Source: the human T2T-CHM13v2.0 reference genome, Homo sapiens
Length of the DNA stretch: 64,000 nt
Reading direction: 5' to 3' (one strand)
Assembly (NCBI RefSeq): GCF_009914755.1
Contig: NC_060942.1
The first letter of the stretch is position 1; each line of letters begins with the position of its first letter. The notes below the pieces were generated by a model. The model was not told the origin of the DNA, searched no databases, and was given only the letters and a program-made list of their open reading frames with translations. Of this stretch, positions 46,882 to 59,300 are shown piece after piece. The translations under genes were made by a program, and so were the position numbers.

Positions 46882-48161
46882 CTGGAAAGCAACACGCTAA
46901 GCTGCAGTTTTTCTGGATGGATTCCCTCACATGTATTGACTCATGTTTTCCGATTAATCTCTTGTTAAGAGGCTGCCCATGACGAGCTCATCAGAGGCTC
47001 TTGATGAATCTATTACGCTCCTCACCTACTGCAGAGCAAAGGTGAGTCTCATTACTCTGGCTTAGTCTTCAGAGAGGGAGAGAAAGACCCTGCTCTCAGG
47101 GAATGGGGAGAGAGAAGTTGGCAGCGTAGGTGAGAATTCCCTCAGTTGATGCCCCAGCCTCTCTTCTGCCAACTGTCACAGCAACTGCTGGCAGCATTCC
47201 TGGAAGAATGAAGGCTTATTCCACACTCCTTTCCTAGTCCTGATCTTTCAGTTCTTAGGAGTGCAGGGAGATTAAAGGCGACTGGGGTAAAAGGAAAGAA
47301 GGCAAATAGAGAAGGATGGGCTACTCCCCTGCCAAAACTTATTCACATTAATGGACAGAAAAGTGTTTTAAAAGGACATTTGAAAACAGTTCACATTTTC
47401 AAAAAGATGTGATATTGGGTGGGACTGTGAGGTCATGTGGTTCCATCCTCTTGTGACATGAATGAGGAACCTGAGTATGGGAGAAGGGGATTTGCTCAAA
47501 ATCACAGTGAGTTGAAGCAGAAACTGGGGTCTGTGGACTCTCCCTGCTCCTCCACAGCCGAGTGGCACATGGGGACTGATGGCAGCCCAGGAGCTGGTGG
47601 GCACTTGAGAGAGGCTGACCTGGGATCTGATTCAAGACTGTTTCTTCAGTAAACATTAACAGATGACCCACTGGGTAGAAGAAACCATGATGCGTGGATG
47701 GACATGAAAGACAAATGTGAAACCCAGCGATGACGACAGCTCCTGAGCGCTCGCTGAGTGTCATGCACCCTCCTAAGCACTTCACGTGCAGCCTCTTCCT
47801 CATTCCTCCCATGAGCCCCCTGATGTCTGGACCTTTATGTCCATGTAGTAGACGAACAAACTGAAAGCCTATTCAAGGCCATACAGAAGCACACGGCAGA
47901 ATCATGCTTCAAGTGCGGGCCTCCCTGACTCCAAGTCTCATGTACAATGTTGCCCATTATACGTGTCTCACCTCTTTACACTCTTGAGGCCAAATGTCCT
48001 AGTGGGATCTTAAAGGTCATTATTCTTCATCTTCTTCTATTAAAATCCTTTCCCCACTGTAGCCTCTAGTCTAACTGCATGCTTGCTAGGAGTCTTTGGG
48101 AGAAGTCAGTGAGGAAAAGAGATTAAAACCCCAAATAAAACTCAAGTGCTTTGGTACTTAC

Positions 48162-48246
48162 CTTTAGACTGGCACAGGATTTGGTTGTTGAGCTGTTCTT
48201 TCTCATCTTTCAAGAGAGCATTTTCTTGCTCCAGGTCTGCAACTCG
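48162..48246 (-). CDS. MYO5B: MYO5B exon 23 (RVADLEQE...LCQSK)
   Basis: CCAG|CGA acceptor, AAG|GTAAGT donor, 85 nt, phase 0-1; read directly from the sequence, not in the ORF track. Confidence 0.95.
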
Positions 48247-48541
48247 CTGGAAGAGAGCAATAGGGGAAAAATGTCTCATGATGCTGGGAAGAGGAGAGGC
48301 TCCTCTTGTGGGATTTGAATTTTAACTGGATACGTGTAAATGCTCTTTTTAAGAAAATCGATTTGGTTAAAGCTTCTTTTGTTTTCAAGGAAAAATTGTG
48401 TACTGAAAGAAAAATCCCATTAAAACAAGACAGATGAGCTCAGCACTATTTATGGTCATCTAATGTCCACAAACACATCATGAAAAGTCTATCACAAGCT
48501 CACATGCCTTGTTGAGGAACTTGCAAAGATAACAGGCTTTC

Positions 48542-48976
48542 TGTAGAGAGCTGAAGGCCTGTGGATCGTGACCAAGTCAGCATTCCACTGAGGCTACATG
48601 ATCCAATAGCAAACTGTTTATCATGAATGCAGGATGTGGGCAAACTCACATCTGCACCTGCCACCAGAAGGTTTGCTGAGTGCAATCACTCCCTGGCACC
48701 ATGCTCCTTAAGGTTATCTACTGGCACATCTGGAGACTACTGTTCAGAGAATGCAGTTGTGCAAGCCTGCACCGAGTCAAGTTGCTGACTGACAACCACA
48801 CCCTTCTCCCTATCTCTTTTACTCAATAAATACGAAGGGAGCTAAAAACTCAGGGCCCTCGTTTACTGGAAGCAAGGAGCCCCCAACCCCTTCTTCCAAA
48901 TATACTCTTTTGTCTTTGTCTTTATTCCCACATTCATCCCCTTTTGTTCAGTCCAACAGGGATTGGGTCCACGTCA
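48542..48976 (+). mobile_element. Solo ERV-K class LTR, LTR3 (HML-6)-like
   Basis: TGTAGAGAG...CA, internal AATAAA near 48825, 6-bp TSD GCTTTC (48536-48541 / 48977-48982); family name from recall of the consensus. Confidence 0.8.
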
Positions 48977-49311
48977 GCTTTCATGTTTTTGTATTTGTTT
49001 GCCTGTCTTGCTAAATTTTGGGCTCTCAAATCTGGTCTTAGGAAGGCCAAAAGCTCACAATGAACAAATGATCTCTGGTCTTCAACCCACTTGCTTTACC
49101 TGTCTTATTGGACCAGCACAGTTCAAATTCTGGAAAAGAGATAACTTGCTATTGACACTCAACTGTCTAATCTAGTGCTGGACTTCTGATGATGTTGACA
49201 AAACCAAAATAAGGTGACTATTACCAGAAAAAAAAGGTATAAAAGAAAAAATACTAATTAAACAAAAATTGTAGTCTACTCAAAGAGGAGTAAGAATTAA
49301 AAGTGTGAAGA

Positions 49312-49638
<327 letters not shown>

Positions 49639-50128
49639 TTATTATTAGAGCAACTATTTGTATGGGTTTTTAAAAAGTAACAATTCAGCTGTGTTCTAAG
49701 AGAATTTGAAATCATTAGTTGGTATAGAGGAGGATGGGAAAGGGTCTTTTATAACATGGGGGCTAAATTGCAATTGATTCACCTTTGCGCTTGGATCCCC
49801 TACAGATTCATTCTGCAGGAGGCTGTCAAGTAATTTTCCCTACTAAAATCACATCCCTGCCTTTGTGACATGGATGAGGACATAGCTGAGCATTGCAAAA
49901 AACAGGCAGGGAGAGAATGAGGAACACATGCCAGTGGCCCCTCAAAATTCAGGCTTCCAGACATGAGATCTCCCTTCCCCCACGGCTGGCTGATCCGTCA
50001 CCATTCCCCACAGAATAATCTCTTGTGATCACATCCTAAGTGTGGTATATGGCAAAGACAACAAGTTTCACAGCCACACAGATCCTGGGCTCTATAAACC
50101 TGTTTCCCCCTCTATAAAATGGAAACCC

Positions 50129-50430
50129 GGCCAGGTACCGTGGCTCACGCCTGCAATCCCAGCATTTTGAGAGACTGAGGTGGGCAGATAACGAGGTCAG
50201 GAGATCGAGATGATCCTGGCCAACATGCTGACACCCCGTCTCTACTAAAAATACAAAAATTAGTTGGGCGTGGTGGTGCGTGCCTGTAATCCCAGCTACT
50301 TGGGAGGCCGAAGCAGGTGAATCACTTGAACCAGGGAGTCAGAGGTTGCAGCGAGCTGAGATCGTGCCACAGCACTCCAGCCTGGCAACAGATCAAGAAA
50401 TCATCTCAAAAAAAAAAAAAAAAAAAAAAG
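50129..50430 (+). mobile_element. Alu, AluS (Sc-like), inserted in a MIR
   Basis: Full Alu, long poly-A, TSD-like ggaaaccc. Confidence 0.9.
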
Positions 50431-50609
50431 AAAGAGGAAACCCACTTCACAGAGTTTCTCATCATTGAATGAGATGACGCATGTGAAGTACCAAGCAGAA
50501 GTCACTGCATAGAGCAGTTGATCAATATATGTAGATGGTTCTACATTACTCTTACTGGGCATGAAATGGAAATACACACTTTAAAACCACTCCACCACTT
50601 ACCAAAAAT

Positions 50610-52940
50610 TTAAACAGTATCTACTCTTTACAAATTCTTCCAAAAATTAGAAGGAACACTTCCCAATTCCATTCTATGAGGCCAGTGTTACTCTGATACC
50701 AAAACCAAAGAAATCACTAAAAACCAAACTACAGCCCAGTATCTCTTATGAACATAGATTCAAAAATCCTCAACTAAATACTAGCAAGTGGTTATGATAA
50801 AAACACTCAAACTACAAATAGAAGTGAACATCCTCAACCTGATAAAAATTCCATAGCTCATACCACACTTTATGGTGAAAGACTGAATGCGTTTCCCCTA
50901 AGATCAGGAAGACAAGGGTGTCTGCTCTTGCCACTTCTATTCAGCATTGTACTGAAGGTTCTAGCCAGGGCAATAGGCAAGAAAGATAAAAACATCCAGA
51001 ATGAATGCTATCTGCAGATGACACAATCTTGTATACAGAAAATCCTAAGAAATTCACTTAAAAACTATTAGAATAAATGAGTTCAGGTTGCAGGGTCCAA
51101 TTTCAATATACAAAACTCAATTGTATTTGTATATATTTGCAATGAACAATCTGAAAAATAAATTAAGAAAACGATTCCACTATAATGGCATAAAATATTT
51201 AGGAATAACTTTAACAAGAGAAGTGTAAAATTCATACTCGGTAAATGAAAAAACATAATTGAAAGAAATTAAAGATCTTAATAAATGGAAAGACATCTTG
51301 AGATAATGGATCAAAACACTTTTTAAGATGGCAACACTCCTCAAATTCATCTACAGATTCAATGTAATCATTATGAAGATCCTGCATGGCTTCTCTGCAG
51401 AAATTCATGAGCTGTTCCTTAAATTCATATACAATATCTAGGGATCCAGAATACCCAAAGGATCTTGAAGAAGATGAACAAAGCTGGAATAATCACACTT
51501 CTAAATTTTAAAACTTACTAGAAGATAAAGTAATACAGACAGCGTGATACTGGCATAAAGACAGACATACTGATCAATGAAACAAAACTGACTTTCACAT
51601 TGATAGTCAATTGATTTTTGACAACCGTGCCAAAACAATTCAATGAGGAAAAGAATAGTCTTATAATCAAAGGTGCTGGGACAAATGGATATCTACATGG
51701 AAAAAAATGAAGCTGGACCACTACCTCATAATATACAAAAATTAACTCAAAATGCATTAAAGACTTAAATGTAAGGGCTAAAACTATAAAACTCTCAGAA
51801 GAAAACATGGCAACAAATCTTTGTGACCTTTGGATTAGGCACAAGCCAAATACAATGCCAAAAGCACAAGCCACCAAGTTAAAAATAAACTGAACTTCAT
51901 TAAAATTTAAAGTTTTTATGCTTCAAACCATCAAGAAAGTGAAAGGGCAACCCACAGAATGGAAAAAAATATTTTCAAATCACCTATCTGATACATCAGC
52001 AGTCTCCAAACTTTTTGGCACCAGAGATCAGTTTGATGGAAGACAATTTTTCCACGGACCAGGGTGACGGGGGAATGGTTTCAGCATGATTCAAGCACTT
52101 TATATTTATTATATACTTTATTTCTATTATTATTACATTGTAATATACAATTAAATCATTATACAACTCACCATAATGTAGAATCAGTGGGAGCCCTGAG
52201 CTTGTTTTCCTGCAACTAGATGGTCCTATCTGGGGGTGATGGGAGACAGTGACAGATCATCAGGCATTAGAGTCTTATAAGGAAAGTGTCGCATGTGCAG
52301 TTCACAGTAAGATTTGTGCTCCTATGAGAATCTAATGCCACTGCTGATTTGACAGGAGGCAGAGCTTAGGCAGTAATTTGAGCAGTGGGGAGCGGCTGTA
52401 AATACAGATGAAGCCTTGCTCACTTGCCCACCACTCACCTCCTGCTGTGCGGCCTGGTTCCTGGACCACTACTGGTCCATGGCCTAGGGGTTGGGGACTC
52501 CTGTGATACATGACTCATAGCATGAGTATATAAAAATCACTTGCAACTCAACAATAAAAAGACAACCCAATTTTAAAAACGGGCAAAGAACTGAAATAGA
52601 CATTTCTCCAAAGAAGATATACAAATGGCCGATAAACACAGAAAAGACACTCAGTATCTTATTAGGGAAATACAAATCAAAGCCACACTGAGATAACAGT
52701 TCACACTCACCAGGATGGCTATAATAAAGACAGACAATAACAAGTGTTGGTGAGAATATGAAGAAATCAGAACCCTCATATGCTGCTGGTGGGAATATAA
52801 AATGGTGCAGCAGCTCTGGAAAACACTCTGGCAATTCCTCAAAAGGTTTAACATAGAGTTGCCATGTGACCCAGGATTGCTACTCCTGGGCAGATACCCA
52901 AGATAAATGAAAACCTAGTCCACACAAAAACTTGTACGCT
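50610..52940 (+). mobile_element. Degenerate old L1 ORF2 region
   Basis: A-rich L1 ORF2 motifs (cccaattccattctatgaggccag, ctgcagatgac, aaaattaactcaaaatg) with many frameshifts. Confidence 0.88.
51997..52503. mobile_element. MER1A-like hAT-Charlie DNA transposon nested in the L1
   Basis: CAG...CTG termini (cagcagtctccaaac / gttggggactcctg), 8-bp TSD TGATACAT. Confidence 0.88.
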
Positions 52941-53708
52941 GACTGACACAAAGAACAACCTCACCCTTTCTAGCTTAAGTCACAGGATGCAGTCATCTTC
53001 CAGAGGACTCGTCTCAACCTGTGTAGAAAGAGTCTCAAAAATGACCTCCTCAGGACAGCACCACAACACATAATGACTAGCAAGTGTGCAATGGCAGAGG
53101 GACTAATTGGTGACTACTGGGATTGCAACCTAGGAGATGACCACGTGGAGCAGAGGAGAGATGACCATACAGACCCCTGAGTACCCACCTGCACCCCCAT
53201 CAGACAGGCACCTTTCAAACTCTTCTAGACTTTATGGCATTAAAACCCAGAGAGGTGGCCCTAGGGATATGGACTAAACCAGCAGAAGCCTAAATTGATA
53301 TGGTTTGGACATTCATTTCCTCCAAATGCATGAGGTTTGAATTTCAACTGGTTACAATGCTTAAATGCCAACTTTCCTTCCTCTCCTGGCTTTAAATTAA
53401 GCTCAAGGCACCAAGAGGTGAGTTAATAAGGGAGGAGCTGCCCCACCCTCGGCATCAGGTAGAAAGGGGCAGGAAAAAATGGCAACATACTGGAACTAAG
53501 GATTGGGGTCACTGGCTCTCCCCACCCCAGGAACTCAGAAGGCAGCGACTCTCACTTAATGGTGCCTCAGCTACTCTGGGGAGCTGCTGATGGGTCTATA
53601 GTGGCCTTCCATTAGGTTTGTCCTTTAAAGGCCCATATAGAAAAGTAGGATACACAATACAATACTATTAAGGGCTTGCAAAAAGATCCAAGCACTTTGT
53701 TAACACCC

Positions 53709-54000
53709 TTTTTTTTGAGACAAGGTCTCACCCTGTTACCCAAGCTGGAGTGCTGTGGTGAGATCTCGGTTCACTGCAGCCTCGACCTCCCCAGGCTCTG
53801 GTGATCCTCCCACCTCAGCCTCCTGAGTAGCTAGGACTACAGGTGCCTGCCAACATGCCCGGCTAATTTTTGTATCTTTAGTATAGACGGGGTTTTGCCA
53901 TGTTGGCCAGGTTGGTCTTGAACTCTTGGGCTCAAGTGATTTGCCCACCTTGGCCTCCCAAAGTAGCTGGGTTTACAGATATGAGCCACCGGCACCTGAC
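53709..54000 (-). mobile_element. Alu, AluJ-like
   Basis: Reverse Alu with J diagnostic gggctcaagtgat. Confidence 0.88.
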
Positions 54001-54863
54001 CAACACTTTTAACAGTCTAGAACCCCTTCAAATTTAAGGAGTTTTTCAATCTTTCTTTCCCTTCAATTCAAGCAGACTCAGTTTGTCTCATCCGTTTATC
54101 TGTGGATGGGCTTCCATGAGTTACAAGAAGGAGGCTCTGACAAGCATGTTTTCAAAAGTTGTCCAGGTAATTCTGAGGCTCTAGAGGTTGAGAGCTGCTG
54201 GTCTTATGTCTTTATATCCAGCAGAACTCCTCACCCCACAAGTAAATGATAAGCACAGTCAGGGACTCTCGGTATGGAGAGTCAGGCAAAGGGGTTGGCT
54301 TTCTGCCCAACAGGAGGTCAAATCAGATAAAGCTGATAAAAATATACATGCATCAAACTAATTATACCAAGTTATTATTCTTTGGCAATTTATTTTGCCA
54401 AAGAATAACATTTATTGCCTATAATATTTATTGCCTATAATAATTAATGCAACAGATGTTGTATGTCTTCAGAGGCTAAAATGTGACCTGGTGTTGAGGG
54501 CAAGGTACAGAAGAAGAAGCACCGACCGAGAGTGACGATGTTTTATCCGTAGAGGCACCCACTCACCAAGCCTAGTTCTGGTCCCTAGTATGACACAGGG
54601 CAAGGCTGTCACTCATCCATCACACATTTCCTGATACACCTCTATACCAGGAGCCTTGCCAGGGCTGGGGGATACCAAATGAGATAGACTGACTCATGGT
54701 AGTTGATATGGTTTGGACGTTCATTTCCTCCAAATCTCGTGTTGAAATGTGATTCCTAATGTTGGAGGTGGGGCCTGGTGGGAGGTGACTGGGTCATGGG
54801 GGTGGATCCCTCATGAATGCTGTAGCACAATCCCCTTGGTGAACTCATCCCTCACTGAGTTCA

Positions 54864-55182
54864 CAATAGAAGGTGTAGGTGGCATACATGCTGTTAACCA
54901 CAGCACTCTCAGACTGTAGTCTTGGCTCAGGTTTTAGATCATAGGTTGTTGCAATGAAGTCACATGTTCTTAGGTGGCATTCATAGGACTGGAGATTTCA
55001 GGACCCACTTGGTGATGATGTCATGCACTCTGTGCTGGTCAGATGGCATGTTCCATTTCAGAGGGATATTGACTGTGTGTAGGATGCTCAAAGGATGGCG
55101 AGGGGTCTTGATCTTCTCAGGTGACCTACTGCTCTGTGAGCCATCTAGATATTAGGAGGATGTTAAGGGGAAGCAACGTTTT
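54864..55182 (+). repeat. Inverted repeat arm A (derived copy)
   Basis: Reverse complement of 57342-57660 with about 10 mismatches in 319 bp by manual alignment. Confidence 0.96.
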
Positions 55183-55428
55183 CATTGCCCTAGCGTGAAC
55201 TCAGTGAGGGATAAGTTCTCACTGAGTTCACGTGAGATCTGGTTGTTTAAAAACATGTGGCACCTCCCCGCTCTCTCTTGCTCCCACTATCGCCATGTGA
55301 TGCCTGCTCCCCCTTCAACTTTTGCCATGGCTGGAAGCTCCCTGAGGCCCTCATCAGGACAGATGCCAGAACTACACTTTCTGTACAGACTATAGAACTG
55401 TGAGTCAATTAGACATTTTTACTTATAA

Positions 55429-55747
<319 letters not shown>

Positions 55748-55883
55748 CAGGTGTTTCTTTATAGTAACACAAGAACAGTCTAATATAGTAGTTGCCCTCA
55801 GAGAGTGTCCAGCCTGGCAGGGATGAGGGACAGGTGCATACATAGTAATGATATCAATAAGGGCTGTAGCAGCTTCCTATAAA

Positions 55884-56114
55884 GCAAAGTTTTTCAGCCT
55901 TGACACTGTCAACATTCTGGGCTGGACAATTCTTTCTTGGGGGAGTAGGGGACTCTCCTGTGCATTACTGGGTGTTCAGCAGCATCCCTGGCTTCTACCC
56001 ACTAGATGCTAATACAACACACCCTCCTCTCACCTTCAATTTGTGAAAACCAGAATGTCTCCAGGCACTGCCATACGTCCCCTAATGGCAAAATCACCCC
56101 GATTGAGAATCACT
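55884..56114. mobile_element. MER20 DNA transposon
   Basis: ctacccactagatgc...gaatgtctccag...gcaaaatcaccccgattgagaatcact. Confidence 0.75.
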
Positions 56115-57341
56115 ACAATAAGGTGATTCAGAAGGAAAAGAAGGTAGCCTCAGGGTCCATGAAGGCTTCACAAGAGGTGGGGGTCATCTGGATTAGGCCT
56201 GCAAGTGGGATGTCTCAGGCAGCTGAGGGCCATTCTAGGTGGGAAGAACAAATGCCTAAAGGTCTGGGAGGAGGAAGGGCACGGGTTTGGGAATGTGAAG
56301 AGTTCTACGTTGCCAAAACGTGTGGTTGCAGCACGGGCACTGAGAAAAGTCAAGGCTGGGTAGGTAGAGGGAGGGAGAATCAGCTTGTGAATGGCTTCTC
56401 TTCCTTTGTCCTCAGGAAACACTGAACTCCTCTTATTCTCCTAACTCGACCTGGGTGGGCCCAGCTCCTCTCCCCAGCCTCTTCCCGCCCTCCAGGATCT
56501 GCCTGAATGTTTCACTGTTCCTTCTGACAGGCTCTGTCGTTCCCATTCTTTACTGGTTACTTTCTTCTCATTATTAGCTCTTGACCGGCACTCTCCTGGG
56601 AAACATTCCTGTACCACACGGGGTGGTGGGGTTGCCCCCACGCTTGGTGTTCTGCTCTGACAGGGCCTGCACATCCCTCCAGAGCCTGTGGGACAGCAAT
56701 GCTTCCTCATACACCTGCCTGCTCAGCCTGGACCAGAGTCCTCAACGCGGACCTAGGGATTATATCGCCAGACTATCACACCCTCAGAACCCAGGCCACC
56801 GCCAGCACCTGAAAGCTTATCAAATGAATAGAAGGGCCCTGCAGACCAAGTTAAGGAGCCTGCATTCCCTCAGTCACAACTAAGGGCTCCCTTTAAAATT
56901 GTTTTTTTAAATAAATGTGTTTATAGTTGACCAAAATATCTAGAATACATGAGCTTGTTTAATCAAATAATTTAATTTAGGCAGCACATACAATGTAGGA
57001 AAACACTCTTCAAATGCATCTAATTTGCTATTGCTGGAGGCAGTTCACTCAATGACTTCAGGAGCACCTTTAAATTAGGTTGGCAAATTATCAAAATAGA
57101 TTTCACTTTTCTAGACATACAAGTAAAATCAAACTGAAAACAACCCAACAGGAGAAACCACATGGTATGTACTTCTACAGAATAAAGCCTAGGGTGGTGC
57201 AATGAAGCATGATCTATGTCACAGTTAGGAAGGCAGGGGTCTTGCCCCATCCTGCCAGGAACAAGGCTGTATCCTCTGAATCAGTCAACTACTGGTAGGT
57301 TTTACAGCAGGCTGTGAAGTAACCAGACCTTATCATGGAGC

Positions 57342-57660
57342 AAAACTTTGCTTCCCCTTAACATTCTCCTAATATCTAGATGGCTCACAGAGCAGTAGGT
57401 CACCTGAGAAGACCAAGACCCCTCGCCATCCTTTGAGCATTCTACACACAGTCAATATCCCTCTGAAATGGAACATGCCATCTGACCAGCACAGAGTGCA
57501 TGACATCATCACCAAGTGGGTCCTGAAATCTCCAGTCCTATGAATGCCACCTAAGAACATGTGACTTCATTGCAACAACCTATGATCTAAAACCTGAGCC
57601 AAGGCTACAGTCTGGGAGTGCCATGGTTAACAGCATGTATGCCACCTACACCTCCTATCG
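57342..57660 (-). repeat. Inverted repeat arm B (probable source)
   Basis: Partner of arm A; the ORF track shows twin 63-aa ORFs on opposite strands. Confidence 0.96.
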
Positions 57661-58899
57661 TTTTGAGGCTTGTTTCTTCCCTCTGTCTCGCTCTTTGATT
57701 CATGAATGCAGGTCTCTGACTTGGCTTTATTATTCTAAGCCATACATTAAAGTGGCCTCAGGGGGATTTGCTTTTCTTGCTTGCCTAAACAATTTTGGAG
57801 GTAGACCCATGTTCCTGATCTTTCATGAACAGCAGGAAAGGACCAATCCCACACTCAGCTCCACACCCCAGGTGGGTGAGAGAATGCTTCCTTGATCATA
57901 TTTCTCCAGGTACCAGCCAACCCCAGTCTTTCCAGCCAGCTAACACAGCTGTTGGCAGACACAGCAGGTAACAAACTTCTGCAGCCAAATGGCCCCCACT
58001 TTGTGGTGTCAGGGCTGCAGGGTGCAGTGGGAGACGCTTTAACAACATAAAACAGGCGGCTGCATCCCCTGAGCATGATAAATAACACCTTAGGTTTCAG
58101 GACTCATTCAACACCATTCAGCAGCTCCTTTTTTTGGACGGGGGAGTGGTTAGTCTTAACTCTTGCAGGCAACATTACTCAGTGTTTCTTCTAAAAGCTT
58201 ATTTGGGACAGCTTATCAGAATCAACACTGGAGGAAAATCCTGTATCTATGAGGCTAATACAGTACCTATATTAAGTTAAGTAAATGCCCCAGCAACATG
58301 CTAAAGAACTGTCTTTACTAGTTTGTCTTTGGGGATACAAATGTAGCTAGGGGCTTTGTTTTGTCTTATGTTTTCAAGAGGGATATTAGTACTATAAGAA
58401 GACCCAGCGCAAGGTTTCTAGTAGCAAACATGGGAAAACTGGTTGGACAATGCCAATCAGGAAAGGTTCCTCTGCCATCTGTCCTTGATGCTGTGCAGTT
58501 ACCACATTTACAGGCACAGCCCTAGGTAGGGACAATACCTTTAATTCTGCAAAATCTTGAAGTGTTTATTTGACCATTTTCTGAGAATGTTCTTCTAAGT
58601 AAGCATAGTATAAATTTGTTTTTTAAAGTAGTGATTAAAGCAAAAGTTGAAAATCAACATCCCTTGGATAGTAAGACAACTTTGAAACAATGGCTAAAAT
58701 ATCTTCAAAATGGTCCTGCAGATGTGTTTTAATTCCTCTCTCACCCCTAAGCTCACAGAAGCTGAAGTGCCTAGGACAGAGTTGCTCATCTCTCTGGAGG
58801 TTTCATGGGTCAAGGCCGCGCTTGAAGTCAGAAGATCCTTCCTGACCTGGCCGCACTGTGCTCCTGCTGTTTGCCTTCTCACTTACTCCACCTGAGCCC

Positions 58900-59300
58900 A
58901 GTGAGCACCTCATTGGTCCTCACACCCACCCAGCCTACTCATGCCCCAAGGCCTGTGCACGTGTGCCACACCTGTCACCTGTTATCCCCAAATCGCCTTG
59001 GCTTATTTTCTCCCCTTACTCAGATGTCTTCTCAGAAAGACCTTCTGTGGCCATCAAAAGTGAAATCATACCCCTCAGGCCCCCACAGGTCGCCCTCCAT
59101 CCCCTTTACTCTGCTTCATTGTTGTTTGTAGCCCTTGGGGGGTAATTCACGTTAGATTCCTCTCTGTACTTTCTTCCCCCATCCCCACACATTTAAGCTC
59201 CTTAACAATGAGAAGGGTTTTTTCAAACACCATTCACCTTTTGCCCCAGTGTGTAGAACAGGGTCTAACACATACAGGCATTCAAACACCTGCTGAATGA
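58900..59300 (+). mobile_element. L2 3' fragment
   Basis: tcttctcagaaagaccttct...taagctcct...aacagggtctaacacatacaggcattcaaacacctgctgaatgaa. Confidence 0.55.

Noticed and set aside
51518-52854. Hydrophobic minus-strand ORFs resembling membrane proteins
   Set aside because: Antisense translations of A-rich L1 ORF2.
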